Numbered from the stretch's first letter, positions 10,005 to 19,465 are shown. The stretch: 64,000 nt of DNA from an uncultured Alphaproteobacteria bacterium (GCA_963780925.1 CAWAEV010000041.1:15212-79211), one strand, 5' to 3'. A program made the numbers and translations. The notes: generated by a model not told the origin, from the letters alone.

Positions 10005-10043
10005 CAAAAAGGTGCGGCCGGCTCCTGGGGGAGAGCCGGCCGC
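10005..10043 (-). terminator. Rho-independent terminator downstream of the BTLCP gene
   Basis: An 11-bp GC stem (GCGGCCGGCTC 10014-10024 / GAGCCGGCCGC 10033-10043). On the minus strand a T5 run follows (A5 at 10006-10010). Confidence 0.5.
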
Positions 10044-10130
10044 CACGAACCCGGTCTGGGGACGGGGAGGGGTGGGGACGTGACCGGGGTCGTGTAGCTC
10101 CTTGTCTCTCTCTGTTTAAATTTCTCGTTT

Positions 10131-10179
10131 GAGCATGATCTTTTCCGAAAACCGGTTTCCACTTTTCGGGATCATGCTC
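10131..10179. repeat. Palindromic repeat, GAGCATGATC family, compact copy
   Basis: GAGCATGATCttttCCGAAAAccggtttccacTTTTCGGGATCATGCTC. Related copies lie at 44842, 53571 and 61232. Confidence 0.7.
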
Positions 10180-10811
10180 TAGCGCGAAGAGGCGGTGGCC
10201 GGCGCGGTTGCCGTGTCGCCGAGCGCGATCCAAACATTCGGATCGGCTTGCGATTGGCGCTTGACATAGCGGTAGCCGGTTTCCGACCACACCAGAATGT
10301 CGTTCCTCTGATTGTCGAGGATGAACTCGCCCTTGTCGGTCTTGACGGTGAGAACGGCGTGGCCGTCGCCATTTTGATCGCGCACCACGGTGATGAGCAG
10401 CGCCTCGCGCGGCCAACCTTCCTGCATCAGCATTTTGCGTTTTTGCAGCACGTAGTCCTCGCAGTCGCCGTAGCCGTCGTCCGGATAATTCCACCGTTCC
10501 ACGACGCCCCAATGATCCATGTCGGTCATCGGCTTGACGTGGCTGTTGACCCACAGATTAACGCGCTGCAGGTCCTTCCAGGCCTCGGTCGAGAGCACCA
10601 CGTCGCGCGGCATCGATGGTTTGGTCTTGCACTCCGGATCGTATTCGACGCAGAACTCGACCCAGCCGATCGGCGGGCGGGCAACGCCGCCGAGCGCGAT
10701 AAACAGCGGACGCTCCTGTGCCGAGCCGCCTTTCGGCGATGCAATCAACGTCAGCGCGATTACGCTTGCGGCAGCGCCGCTCTTGAGGATTGCTTTTGCA
10801 ACCGAATTCAT
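10179..10811 (-). CDS. Periplasmic transglutaminase-like cysteine peptidase (BTLCP family)
   Basis: Signal peptide, then WNYPDDGYGDCEDYVLQKR...GDGHAVLTV...ILDNQ, a Cys-His-Asp arrangement. ATG at 10809-10811. Confidence 0.85.
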   Translation of the reverse strand: MNSVAKAILKSGAAASVIALTLIASPKGGSAQERPLFIALGGVARPPIGWVEFCVEYDPECKTKPSMPRDVVLSTEAWKDLQRVNLWVNSHVKPMTDMDHWGVVERWNYPDDGYGDCEDYVLQKRKMLMQEGWPREALLITVVRDQNGDGHAVLTVKTDKGEFILDNQRNDILVWSETGYRYVKRQSQADPNVWIALGDTATAPATASSR

Positions 10812-11145
10812 TGTGACCCCTTCCCGTCTCGTCGGGGTCACGTTTCGCACAAAGATTTTGCAGCGCCGCTAAGTTGTATCCCTCAATTTGAAGTAAAAAC
10901 GCTTCAAGACACAGCAAAAGTCGCGCGATCTTCTCTGCGAATATTGTATAAAATTAGAACTATTCTATTTTGAATCAAATTGTAGCGATGCCGGCATAAG
11001 CCGCATGCCATGCGGGTTTGGCGCGGTCGCGCGACGCCCGCCGCGGCCATCGCGTCGGCCTTCGATAGGTATTTTCCTGGAGGAAACCGGCCTCAAATGC
11101 GCGGGTGCGCGGCGCACGCCAAGCTGCAAATTGGCGCAGCGGCGT

Positions 11146-11763
11146 TTACCCGCCGGTGACGTTCTCTTCGAGAAAGTCAGGGTGCTGCAGGCGGGTGAAC
11201 TCGATGGCGAAGCCGTCTTCGAGATGGCGCACCACGCGCCCCTGCACCTTGCCCAAGGTCACCAGCGCGCCGATCGGCGGTCGCTCCTGGGACGCGATGC
11301 CGGCGCCGGATTGCGACACGTCGATCACGCGGCAGGTGAGATTGACGCCGTTCGGCAGGACCAGGCGGCCGACCGGATTGCGCGGTACGATACGGCCGTG
11401 GCGGCGGTCTTCCGGCAGGCCGAGGATATGGCGATTGGCGAGCCAGGTGAGCTGCGCCGCGAGCTTGTCGCGTTTGCGCGCCGTGGCCGAGATCGTCATC
11501 GCAAAACCGTTCTGAAAGACGCGCGCGATCTGGCCCTCGAGCCGGCCGAGGTGATCGACATAGGCGATGACGCGCTCGCCCGGCGCACCGCCGACGGGCG
11601 CGATCAGCGCCATACCGCCCGGCGACATATTGATGACTTGGCAGGGAAACTCGCGGCGATCCGGCAGCATGTAGCGGCCGAGCAAATTGACCTTGACGCG
11701 CTGATGACGGCGGCGGTCTTGGTTCAGCGCCCGCAAACTCGGTATTCGCTCAGCTAACGCCAT
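11146..11763 (-). CDS. Tandem PilZ-domain protein
   Basis: Two RRxxxR ... D/NxSxxG units (RRRHQRVKV...NMSPGG and DRRHGRIV...DVSQSG). Confidence 0.85.
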   Translation of the reverse strand: MALAERIPSLRALNQDRRRHQRVKVNLLGRYMLPDRREFPCQVINMSPGGMALIAPVGGAPGERVIAYVDHLGRLEGQIARVFQNGFAMTISATARKRDKLAAQLTWLANRHILGLPEDRRHGRIVPRNPVGRLVLPNGVNLTCRVIDVSQSGAGIASQERPPIGALVTLGKVQGRVVRHLEDGFAIEFTRLQHPDFLEENVTGG

Positions 11764-11812
11764 GCTGTTCCGTCGCCTGACCCGTCAGAAAGCGAGCCTA
11801 GGCGGGCGATGT

Positions 11813-11825
11813 TAATGGCTCGTTA
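11813..11825. repeat. Left att-like direct repeat
   Basis: TAATGGCTCGTTA, identical to 25118-25130. Confidence 0.45.
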
Positions 11826-11860
11826 AACTCGTTTTTTGAAACGCATGCTTTTTCATGGAC

Positions 11861-12592
11861 TTAGCGCCCGTCAGTTTTCAATGGGGTAACGGAGTTTTCA
11901 AATCTGGTCTCTGCTTGTTCTCGGCGGTCGCGACTGGCGCGCGCCGACGCCGCCTTGTCGGCAAAGCGCACGTAGCGCGTCACCATGCCCACCGACATTC
12001 CGATCTCGTCGGCAATGGCGCCGTCCTCGGTGCCCGCGCGGCGCCGGTCGGAGACGGCAGTGGCGCGTAACCCGTGCACGGTCAGCTTAGCGCCATTGAG
12101 CGGCGCCGCTTCCGGCCCGTCGCGCCAGATGGCCCAGAGCTGACTGAGATAGAGCGCCGTGCATCGTCTGCCAGACGCCGAGGTGAGGAAGAAGTCGAGA
12201 TCGCGCACCCCCCACGACCTTATCTCCCTCATCTGAGCCTTGGTGAGCGGGACAAAGTGCGGCTTGTCGCGGCGCTTGCCGATGCGGACATTGATGCCGT
12301 CGTCAGCCAAGTCGGCCGGGCGCATGCGCACGAGATCGCTCGCCCGCTGCCCGGTGGCGCGGCCCAGGAAGGCCATCCGGCGAAGGTTCGCCGGGGCCTT
12401 ATCGATGACAAACCCGTAAGCTTCCTCGGACCAGGGCTGCGCGCCGCTTTCTTCAATCACCAGGCGCCGCAAGCCGATCGTCGGATTGTCGTCGCGGTAG
12501 CCGCGCGGGATGCCCCATTCGATAAGCACGCGCAGCACCGTGAGCATGAGATTGGCGGCAACAGGCGTGACGCTCATGCCGTCGCGCAGCAG
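11861..12592 (-). pseudogene. Tyrosine recombinase (phage-type integrase), catalytic domain only
   Basis: ATGQRASDL (Arg), [14 protein letters not shown] (Tyr). The N-terminal domains are replaced by an IS3 fragment fused in frame. Confidence 0.75.
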
Positions 12593-13000
12593 ATAGTCGA
12601 TGACCCAGGCACCGATGAGCTGGCGGGCCTGATCGAGATCGATGAACAGGCTCTCATTGAGAAGCTCATCACGCATACGGCCGTTGAAGGATTCGATGTA
12701 GCCGTTCTGCATCGGTCTGCCTGGCGCGATGTAATGCCATTCCACCCGATGATCCTTTGCCCAGCCTAGGATCGCGTTCGAGGTAAACTCGGTGCCGTTG
12801 TCGGAAACGATCATCTGGGGCTTGCCACGCGCATCGATGAGCGTCATTAGCTCGCGTGCAACCCGCTTGCCCGAGATTGATGTGTCGGGGATTGCCGCCA
12901 GACACTCGCGTGTCACGTCATCCACAATATTGAGGATGCGGAAGCGGCGGCCCAGGGTTGCGTCGCGCGAAGAAGACGTCCCCCAGTCACAGAGAATTAG
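12593..13000 (-). pseudogene. IS3-family transposase (rve core) internal fragment
   Basis: ...[32 protein letters not shown]...[11 protein letters not shown]...[28 protein letters not shown]. It lacks both the N-terminal and C-terminal ends. Confidence 0.75.
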
Positions 13001-13314
13001 CCTACCTCGTACTCCGCATTCTCAAACGCCGAAACCCCGAGACCCAAGTCTGTAGAGGGCAAATTCGCTCCGCCGGTGCCAGACACTAGCGAATACATCG
13101 ATTGGCTGAAGGGCCGAGTTCCGCTGCCGACTGACCATGTCCTTGAAAGGTTGGGGTTAAGTGCCCTCAACAAGCAAGGCATCGTGTGTGGCGACAAGCA
13201 AGTCGATGTCGCGTAGCACCCGCACCCGTGGCGTCACCCTCAAAACAGCGCTTGATTACTGTCCGTATAATACCCACTTTACAGACAGTGAGGTCAAAGC
13301 CGAGGTTGATTCCC

Positions 13315-13935
13315 ATGACAAAATCCGCCCGCAAACCCACCGCCTCAACCATCATAAACCGGACAGTTCCCCGAAGGCTCCCAAATTCCGAGCTCCGGCC
13401 GAGGGAATATCTGACCGAAAAGGAGATCGAGCGCCTCCAAGAGGCGGCTCGCAAGCGATCCCGCTATGGGCACCGCGACGCCATCATGATCCTGGTCACA
13501 TACCGGCATGGTCTGCGGGCCTCGGAAGTGTGCGGCTTGCGGTGGGATCAGATTGAGCTCGACAGTGGCCGGCTGCATGTCCGAAGGGCAAAAGGCGGGA
13601 TCGATAATGTCCATCCGCTGAGCGGCAGAGAAATCCGAGCGCTGCGTCAGCTACGTCGGGAGAACATAGAATCGCGATATGTCTTCGTTACCGAGCGCGG
13701 CGGTCCGGCTACGACGGCAGGCTTCTTGAAAATGGTTGCCCGGACCGGAGAGGCCGCCAAGCTACCGTTCCCAGTGCATCCTCACATGCTGCGGCACTCC
13801 ACTGGCTACAAGCTCGCCAACGATGGGCATGACACCCGAGCCCTCCAACACTACATGGGCCACAAAAATATCATGCACACGGTTCGCTACACCGAAATGG
13901 CACCCGATCAGTTCAAGAATTTCTGGAGGGACTAA
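13315..13935 (+). CDS. Small tyrosine recombinase, FimB/FimE-like
   Basis: 206 aa. YRHGLRASE, HMLRHSTGY, HTVRYT. ATG at 13315. Confidence 0.85.
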   Translation: MTKSARKPTASTIINRTVPRRLPNSELRPREYLTEKEIERLQEAARKRSRYGHRDAIMILVTYRHGLRASEVCGLRWDQIELDSGRLHVRRAKGGIDNVHPLSGREIRALRQLRRENIESRYVFVTERGGPATTAGFLKMVARTGEAAKLPFPVHPHMLRHSTGYKLANDGHDTRALQHYMGHKNIMHTVRYTEMAPDQFKNFWRD

Positions 13936-14140
13936 GCCGGGTAAGCCGTATCCACCCTATGCAGTGCGGTCAGCAATTCGGTCGCTTTCGGGGGACAAGC
14001 AGACATCGCGCGGACATGCCCGCATTTCGCCTTTTGACCCACAAGCGACATTGAGCTTGCCTTACTGAGCGGTTGCACAAAGCCCGTCCGAGCCCCTTCC
14101 AGAGCATCGGTCTGAGCCGGTACGATGCCATGTCCGAGCC

Positions 14141-14455
14141 TTGGGGAAGGCAATGAGACGGCGCTTAAGAGCAGGCGGCAAACCAGTTAAAACGCGACGC
14201 CGAAAGACCGCAGCGCGAAAGCGCGTCAGGGCTCCAAAGGTGCGCGGTCGCAGTACTCCCGCTCCCGACACGGAGATCGCCCAGATCATCCGCGAGCGCG
14301 ACCGGACGCGGCCTCAGTATCGCGGAGGTGAGTGCCATCAGCGGGCACAGGGAACTGCGGATGGCGGCGACGCACAATACACCGCGCGCTCATGCCGAGG
14401 CTCGTCAGCGCGAGCCGGCGATCCGTCCCAATCCTCTTATGGCACCGTCGCGTAG
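14141..14455 (+). pseudogene. Remnant of a GAF-type sensor protein N-terminus
   Basis: The basic leader (RRRLRAGGKPVKTRRRKTAARKR...TEIAQIIRERD) resembles the 24166 fragment. A second frame continues with ELRMAATHNTPRAHAEARQ, so there is an internal deletion or frameshift. Confidence 0.45.
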
Positions 14456-14926
14456 CTATTTCATATAATAGTAATAGCCCGTGAGTTTGTCGGCGATTTT
14501 TGGATCGATCGCTTTCGCCGCTGCAATGTCGGCATCGCCGCCCGCGCTGTCGCCTTTCTTCTGTTTCGCCAGTCCGCGATTGTACAGCGAAATCGCCAAC
14601 TTGGGTTTGAGCTTTAAGACGGCGTTGTAGTCGGCGATAGCGTTGTCAAATTGACCAAGCTTGAGATAAACAAAGCCACGGCTATCGAGCACAGCAAGAT
14701 CATTCGGCCTTAGCTGCAATGCTATATTGCAGTCTATCAGCGCCTCCTCCAGTTGCCCTACAAGCGCGTGCGCCAAGCACAGGTCGTTCAAGGAGGCCAC
14801 GTTCTTCATTACCTGATCGTTGTCGTGGGCCGTTTGCGCGCTTGATGTCGACTGCGAAAGTCCAACGCTGGCACCGATGACCATGCCAGAGGTAAGCGCA
14901 AGCGCTGTCTTGATTTGCGTTCTCAT
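14456..14926 (-). CDS. Secreted TPR-repeat protein
   Basis: Signal peptide (MRTQIKTALALTSGMVIGASVG), TPR-like repeats and a GGAGGAG RBS. Confidence 0.8.
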   Translation of the reverse strand: MRTQIKTALALTSGMVIGASVGLSQSTSSAQTAHDNDQVMKNVASLNDLCLAHALVGQLEEALIDCNIALQLRPNDLAVLDSRGFVYLKLGQFDNAIADYNAVLKLKPKLAISLYNRGLAKQKKGDSAGGDADIAAAKAIDPKIADKLTGYYYYMK

Positions 14927-15235
14927 GGGGACTCCTCCGAATGTAAATGGGGATTCCTCCAAATCTAAAATGAAGAAAATTTTCCCCAAGTGCATTGATC
15001 CAGGTCAAAAGCAGTGATTTCGATGCCGAGGCTGCCAGGCCTTGATCTGCGCATTGAACACATCCTTCACCACTTCGGGCCGACTGGGATCCCCATACGG
15101 CGTGCCAATGAGGTGATCGAATGAGACAGGACTACTTCCGTTAATGGCCCGTTTCGATCATTCGTGGCACGGACCGTCATGTCCGAAATTCGGGGATAAG
15201 CGAACTCGTAGCGGACATCGATTTCAACGATGAGC

Positions 15236-16054
15236 TCAGGTTCGCGAGGCTGCGACCAGCGCGGCCGCGAACCCGAGCCTGAGCTTGTTGTCAATTCTGT
15301 GCTTTTCAGAATTCTGGACTATGTCGGCGTGAATGCGCTGGCGTGCCTCGGGTGTTTGAAGGTCAAGAAGCATCGGCGTCCTCACGATACTCTTGTAAAT
15401 CATCTCAAGAATATCCTCGGCGCGGTTCGGTTCCCAGACAAGGTTCAGTACACTGGTCTGCACATCATTGAAGCCCAATCGCTCCAAGGTCGTCCTGCTC
15501 TCGTGGGGATCAGCAAAGCGGAATAGGGGTGGCGCAGGCGGCAGCGGGACATCCAGGTTTCCGTGTTTGTGGACGGCGTCGATTATCAGCTTGAACATTT
15601 CCCCGCCTCGATCCGGGCCGCACCAGACGGTGAATGCATACCGCCCGCCAGGTACCAGTACGCGGTGAGCTTCTTTGATAGCTTGGTCTGCATCACCAAA
15701 ATGCAAATGACCAAATCCGCAGGCCACATTATCGAACGTAGCGTCGGCGTACGGCAGGTTTTCAGCGTCGCCCACTTGGAACGTCAGTTTGGGATAGTTA
15801 GTCCGCGCTTCAGCGACCATTGCATCAGCAAAGTCCAATCCCTCTGCCAGCGCTCCGCGCTTTGCTGCGGCGCCTGCCAAGTGACCTGTCCCAGTGCAAA
15901 TATCGAGAAGCCTGGTCTCGCTGAAATTGTCACCGAGTGCGTCGAGAGTGGGTTCGATCGCCTGCCGGGTAATGGTTGCAAACCACGCATCATATGCGTT
16001 GGCCTTCTGGCGCCATCCGGTCTGCTCAAGTTCTTTGAACGTGGATTTGGCCAT
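15236..16054 (-). CDS. Class I SAM-dependent methyltransferase
   Basis: LLDICTGTGHLAG motif I, and VLVPGGRYAF. Confidence 0.9.
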   Translation of the reverse strand: MAKSTFKELEQTGWRQKANAYDAWFATITRQAIEPTLDALGDNFSETRLLDICTGTGHLAGAAAKRGALAEGLDFADAMVAEARTNYPKLTFQVGDAENLPYADATFDNVACGFGHLHFGDADQAIKEAHRVLVPGGRYAFTVWCGPDRGGEMFKLIIDAVHKHGNLDVPLPPAPPLFRFADPHESRTTLERLGFNDVQTSVLNLVWEPNRAEDILEMIYKSIVRTPMLLDLQTPEARQRIHADIVQNSEKHRIDNKLRLGFAAALVAASRT

Positions 16055-16261
16055 AACGGCCCTCCGCCAAAGATGATTTGGTGTCCACCAAGCTTACCAT
16101 TACCTCGACGTTAGGAATTGGCCCCTTTCGACGCTCGTCGCGGTGCATCATTTCGGTAGCGATGGGAGGTATAGCGGACGTTCCTCGAACGTCGTCGATC
16201 GGTCGAAGATGACCCAGAGCTGACTCTCGCGATCGCCAACTATCGCACTGCGAGAGGTTCA

Positions 16262-16490
16262 TCTGGAGAAGACCCGGCTCATCGAGTTCGGACGACTGCG
16301 GCGGAAAATCGCAAGCGGCGCGGGCTTGGCAAGCCGGAAACCTTCACCTTACTGGGCTTCATTTTCATCTGCAGCGAAACTCGCCCGGGTAAACTCCAGA
16401 TCAAATGGAAGTCCCGACGGGACCGTATGCGGGTAAAAGTTGCAAGCCATCAAAAAACAGGAACTGCGGCGGCGCAGTTACGCAGTCTGC
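16262..16490 (+). pseudogene. Group II intron reverse transcriptase/maturase remnant
   Basis: LEKTRLIEFGR..., then after a shift RKRRGLGKPETFTLLGFIFICSETRPGKLQIKWKSRRDRMRVK, then LQAIKKQELRRR. There are multiple frameshifts and no intron RNA domains nearby. Confidence 0.6.
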
Positions 16491-16508
16491 CGTTTTTCCG
16501 AAAGCCTT

Positions 16509-16991
16509 TTAGCGATAGCGCCGGGCATAAGGTCCACGCGCATAATAGCTACGGGCGTAGTAACGATGGGCGCAGTAACGATGGGCGTAGTAGCGAGGAG
16601 CGTAGTAGCGAGGAGCGTAGTAGCGAGAAGCGTAGTAGCGAGAAGCGTATGCGTAGCTCCGAGCATAAGCGGGAGCATACGTGTAAGCAGGAGCGTAAGC
16701 GTAGCCTGGAGTATACCCGTAGCCCGAAGCATACCCGTAGCCCGGAGCATACCCGTAATCGTACGGCCCTGACGCGGCAATTGCTCCAACGATAATCGCA
16801 CCTGCGGCCAAGTCTATGCCGGGGCCGGACCAACCGCCGCCAAGCCATTGCACGGTTTCGACGGACGCGGCCGCAGCGTTTCGCCAGAACGAAGGCGCGG
16901 CGATCGGTGCTGCGAGCGATGAAGTTGCGAACCGTGGCAGGCTGGCGGCCAGTAGGACCACAGCGAGCGTCTTCGAAGGCGTCTTCATCAA
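16509..16991 (-). CDS. Secreted Tyr/Gly/Ala-rich tandem-repeat protein
   Basis: Signal peptide, a Gly-zipper-like segment (GGGWSGPGIDLAAGAIIVGAIAASG), then (G/A)Y(G/A)Y and (S/P)RYYA pentapeptide repeats to the C-terminus. Confidence 0.6.
   Translation of the reverse strand: MMKTPSKTLAVVLLAASLPRFATSSLAAPIAAPSFWRNAAAASVETVQWLGGGWSGPGIDLAAGAIIVGAIAASGPYDYGYAPGYGYASGYGYTPGYAYAPAYTYAPAYARSYAYASRYYASRYYAPRYYAPRYYAHRYCAHRYYARSYYARGPYARRYR
16555..16765. repeat. Coding tandem repeat with 15-nt units
   Basis: Six near-identical 15-mers (GCGTAGTA[A/G]CGA[T/G][G/A][G/A]) at 16555-16644, followed by degenerate YA/YG-coding repeats. Confidence 0.8.
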
Positions 16992-17671
16992 ATTCTCTGA
17001 GGTTCGACCGCGCCGGAAATCAGCGTGACTATCTAAACGCTTTAATCACACTTTGCCCGAATGGATTTGATGCAAATCAATCTGTCCGCAGGCGACGCCG
17101 AGGCAATCGAATAAAAGTGGGATGTTGCCTAATGGCCTAGGCTGTTCCCTAATTCCGGGCCTGGGGTCAAGCTCTCCGTGAACATGCTTACCAGGTTCAG
17201 GGTTCTCTTCGCGGTAGGGGCATGCCCTCCGCATGATGGCGTAAGATGACGCTGGTGGATCAATGTGTGAAACGCGTTTTGCTCTTTCGAGCATCGCAAA
17301 GCCTGGGGCGATCGCACCAACGCCAGTGACGCAACTGAATCACGGCCATCAGTTCACCCAGATCGGGAACGTAGGAATTGGGTGCCTGCTGGGAGGGTGG
17401 CGACGGTCTTGACCGCTCTTGTGCAGAGGCTGGTCAATGCAAGTGCGCTTGCGCATGTGCAAATAGTAGCAAGGGTAAAATATCTGATTGAGAGCATCTC
17501 TCTTCCGCCTAATCTCGAGAAGCTATTGATTTAAACGGCGGCGCCTGTGGGTGCATCGTTGGCATGCTGGGCTGATCGGCTGCTGCCACGCCCGCGCCGA
17601 GGAGGTAATCGGCTATTTGCCGCAGTGCATGAGTCCGGAAGCGGTATAATGCGCCGACACGAGGAGACGCT

Positions 17672-18502
17672 ATGATCAAAGACATCGTCGTCAATTTGAG
17701 CGTCGGCGAAGGAGTACACCCCACCGGAGATTATGCAGTCTCTGTGGCCAGCGCGCTCGAAGCACATATCGCCGGAATCGCGTTCGTCTACGAGGTGATC
17801 GTTCCGATGGGGCGCATGGGTTACTCCCCCGCCGAAGTAATCGATGCGCTGCAGTACGACAACGAGCTCGCGGCGAAAGCAGCGATCGATCGTTTTGCCA
17901 AAGCGATATCGCGTGCCGGCGTATCGGCCGAGCCGCTGACGCGCAGCGCGGGCTTCGCCGACGCCGGCGATCAGTTCGGGCGGATTGCGCGACGCTTCGA
18001 TCTCGCAATCGTCGGGCAGGCCAAACCCGAGCCGAGTGCAGTCGAAGAGAAGATTGCCGAAAGCGCCCTGTTCGATTCGGGCCGCCCGGTGATCTTCGTG
18101 CCCTACATTCAGAAAGCGCCGCTCAAACTCGACCACGTCATGGTGTGCTGGGACGCCAGTCGACCAGCGACGCGCGCCATCGCCGACGCCATGCCGCTGC
18201 TTGAGCGGGCGGGAACCGTCGAAGTAGTCATCGTCGCCAACGGGCGGAGAAAGCAGGGGGAGATCGAGGGCGCCGACATGGGCCAACACCTCGCTCGGCA
18301 CGGGCTCAATGTGGAAGTCCAGCGCATTACAAGAAGCGGCATGGATGTCGCCGACGCGTTGCTCTCGCACGCCGCGGACGCTGATGTGGATTTCATCGTC
18401 ATGGGCGGCTACGGCCATTCGCGCCTGCGCGAATTCGTGCTTGGCGGTGTCACGCGTAGCATCCTGCGTTCCATGGTGGTGCCGGTGCTAATGTCGCACT
18501 AG
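17672..18502 (+). CDS. Tandem universal stress protein (UspA family)
   Basis: 276 aa. The C-terminus DFIVMGGYGHSRLREFVLGGVTRSILRSMVVPVLMSH is classic. Confidence 0.9.
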   Translation: MIKDIVVNLSVGEGVHPTGDYAVSVASALEAHIAGIAFVYEVIVPMGRMGYSPAEVIDALQYDNELAAKAAIDRFAKAISRAGVSAEPLTRSAGFADAGDQFGRIARRFDLAIVGQAKPEPSAVEEKIAESALFDSGRPVIFVPYIQKAPLKLDHVMVCWDASRPATRAIADAMPLLERAGTVEVVIVANGRRKQGEIEGADMGQHLARHGLNVEVQRITRSGMDVADALLSHAADADVDFIVMGGYGHSRLREFVLGGVTRSILRSMVVPVLMSH

Positions 18503-18644
18503 CCGCTTCTACATACCGACGAGTGGAGGGTCGCATGGTTGCCCTGCCCCGTGGTCAAATCTCCTCTTCACCGATCAAAGCACCAGGATCAAAGCGACGC
18601 CAGTAACATGCCGCTATGTTGTCACCAAGTGATAGAGTTTCCAT

Positions 18645-19465
18645 ATGGCCCTTGCTGCTATCATGGTGCATGTCGATTTCGACGACCACGTCGAAGACCG
18701 CATCGGTGTTGCGGCTGAGATTGCAGGTCGCTTCAATTCGGTGCTGATTGGGGTTGCCGGCTGGGCCCTGCGGAAAAACCTCGTGGCGCAGAACTCTGTT
18801 GTGGATTTCGAGCCTGGGGAAGAAGGACGGCGGCGAACATTGGCGCAACTTAATCAGCTTGGAGAAAGATTTCGGCAGTGCGCAGGAGCGAACCCGCGCG
18901 GCGTGGAATGGCGATCGTTCACCAATTTCCCAGCGAAGTGATCGCCAGAGAAGCGCGGGGGGTGGACCTCGTGGTTATGGGTCGAGATTGCTTTGCCGGG
19001 GGATGTCTATCACACATTTGATGCCGGAACCGTAATCCTAGCGGCTGGTCGCCCGGCGTTGGTACTGCCGAGTGCAACACGTCACCTCCAGGCTTCGCGT
19101 GTCTTCATCGCGTGGAAAGACACGAGGGAGGCGCGCCGCGCGGTTCGCGACGCGCTACCGTTTCTGAGAGAAGCCCAGAGCGTCAGTATTGTCGAAGTGA
19201 GTGCACTGGGCATGGAAGAGCACGCGCGCGAACAAATTGCCGACGTGGTGGGGTATCTCGCGCGCCATCATGTGGCGGTTAGAGGACAGATTGCGACCGC
19301 TTCCAGCGAGGCAGAGGGCCACGATCTGCTTCGCATCGCCACGGAGCAGGACGCCGATTTGATCGTTGCCGGTGCGTATGGGCGCACCCGGCTGCGTGAA
19401 TGGATATTCGGCGGAGTTACAAGGCTTCTCATGACTAGCAAAATACGTGTTTTTTTTCACATTGA
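18645..19465 (+). pseudogene. Second tandem USP gene with three homopolymer-associated frameshifts
   Basis: Frame 3 runs to TGA 18939. FPSEVIAREARGVDLVVMGRD is in frame 2. The reading returns to frame 3 at the G5 run near 18998. A T8 run at 19450-19457 would need to be T9 to give the canonical ...VFFSH stop. Confidence 0.7.

Noticed and set aside
16427-16848. Alternative-frame ORFs across the 15-nt repeat region (16427-16795 and 16440-16772 on the plus strand; 16478-16801 and 16549-16848 on the minus strand), and the thought that the regular repeats might be a CRISPR array.
   Set aside because: The repeats are contiguous 15-mers with no spacers, so this is not CRISPR. Only the minus-strand frame 16509-16991 has a signal peptide and a coherent start. 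The 5' parts of the plus-strand ORFs are the group II RT remnant.
17380-17560. FNR/FixK-like boxes upstream of the USP gene (TTGATTTAAACGG near 17527; TTGCGCATGTGCAA near 17441).
   Set aside because: Neither matches the TTGAT-N4-ATCAA consensus in both half-sites. There is too little evidence without a matrix scan.
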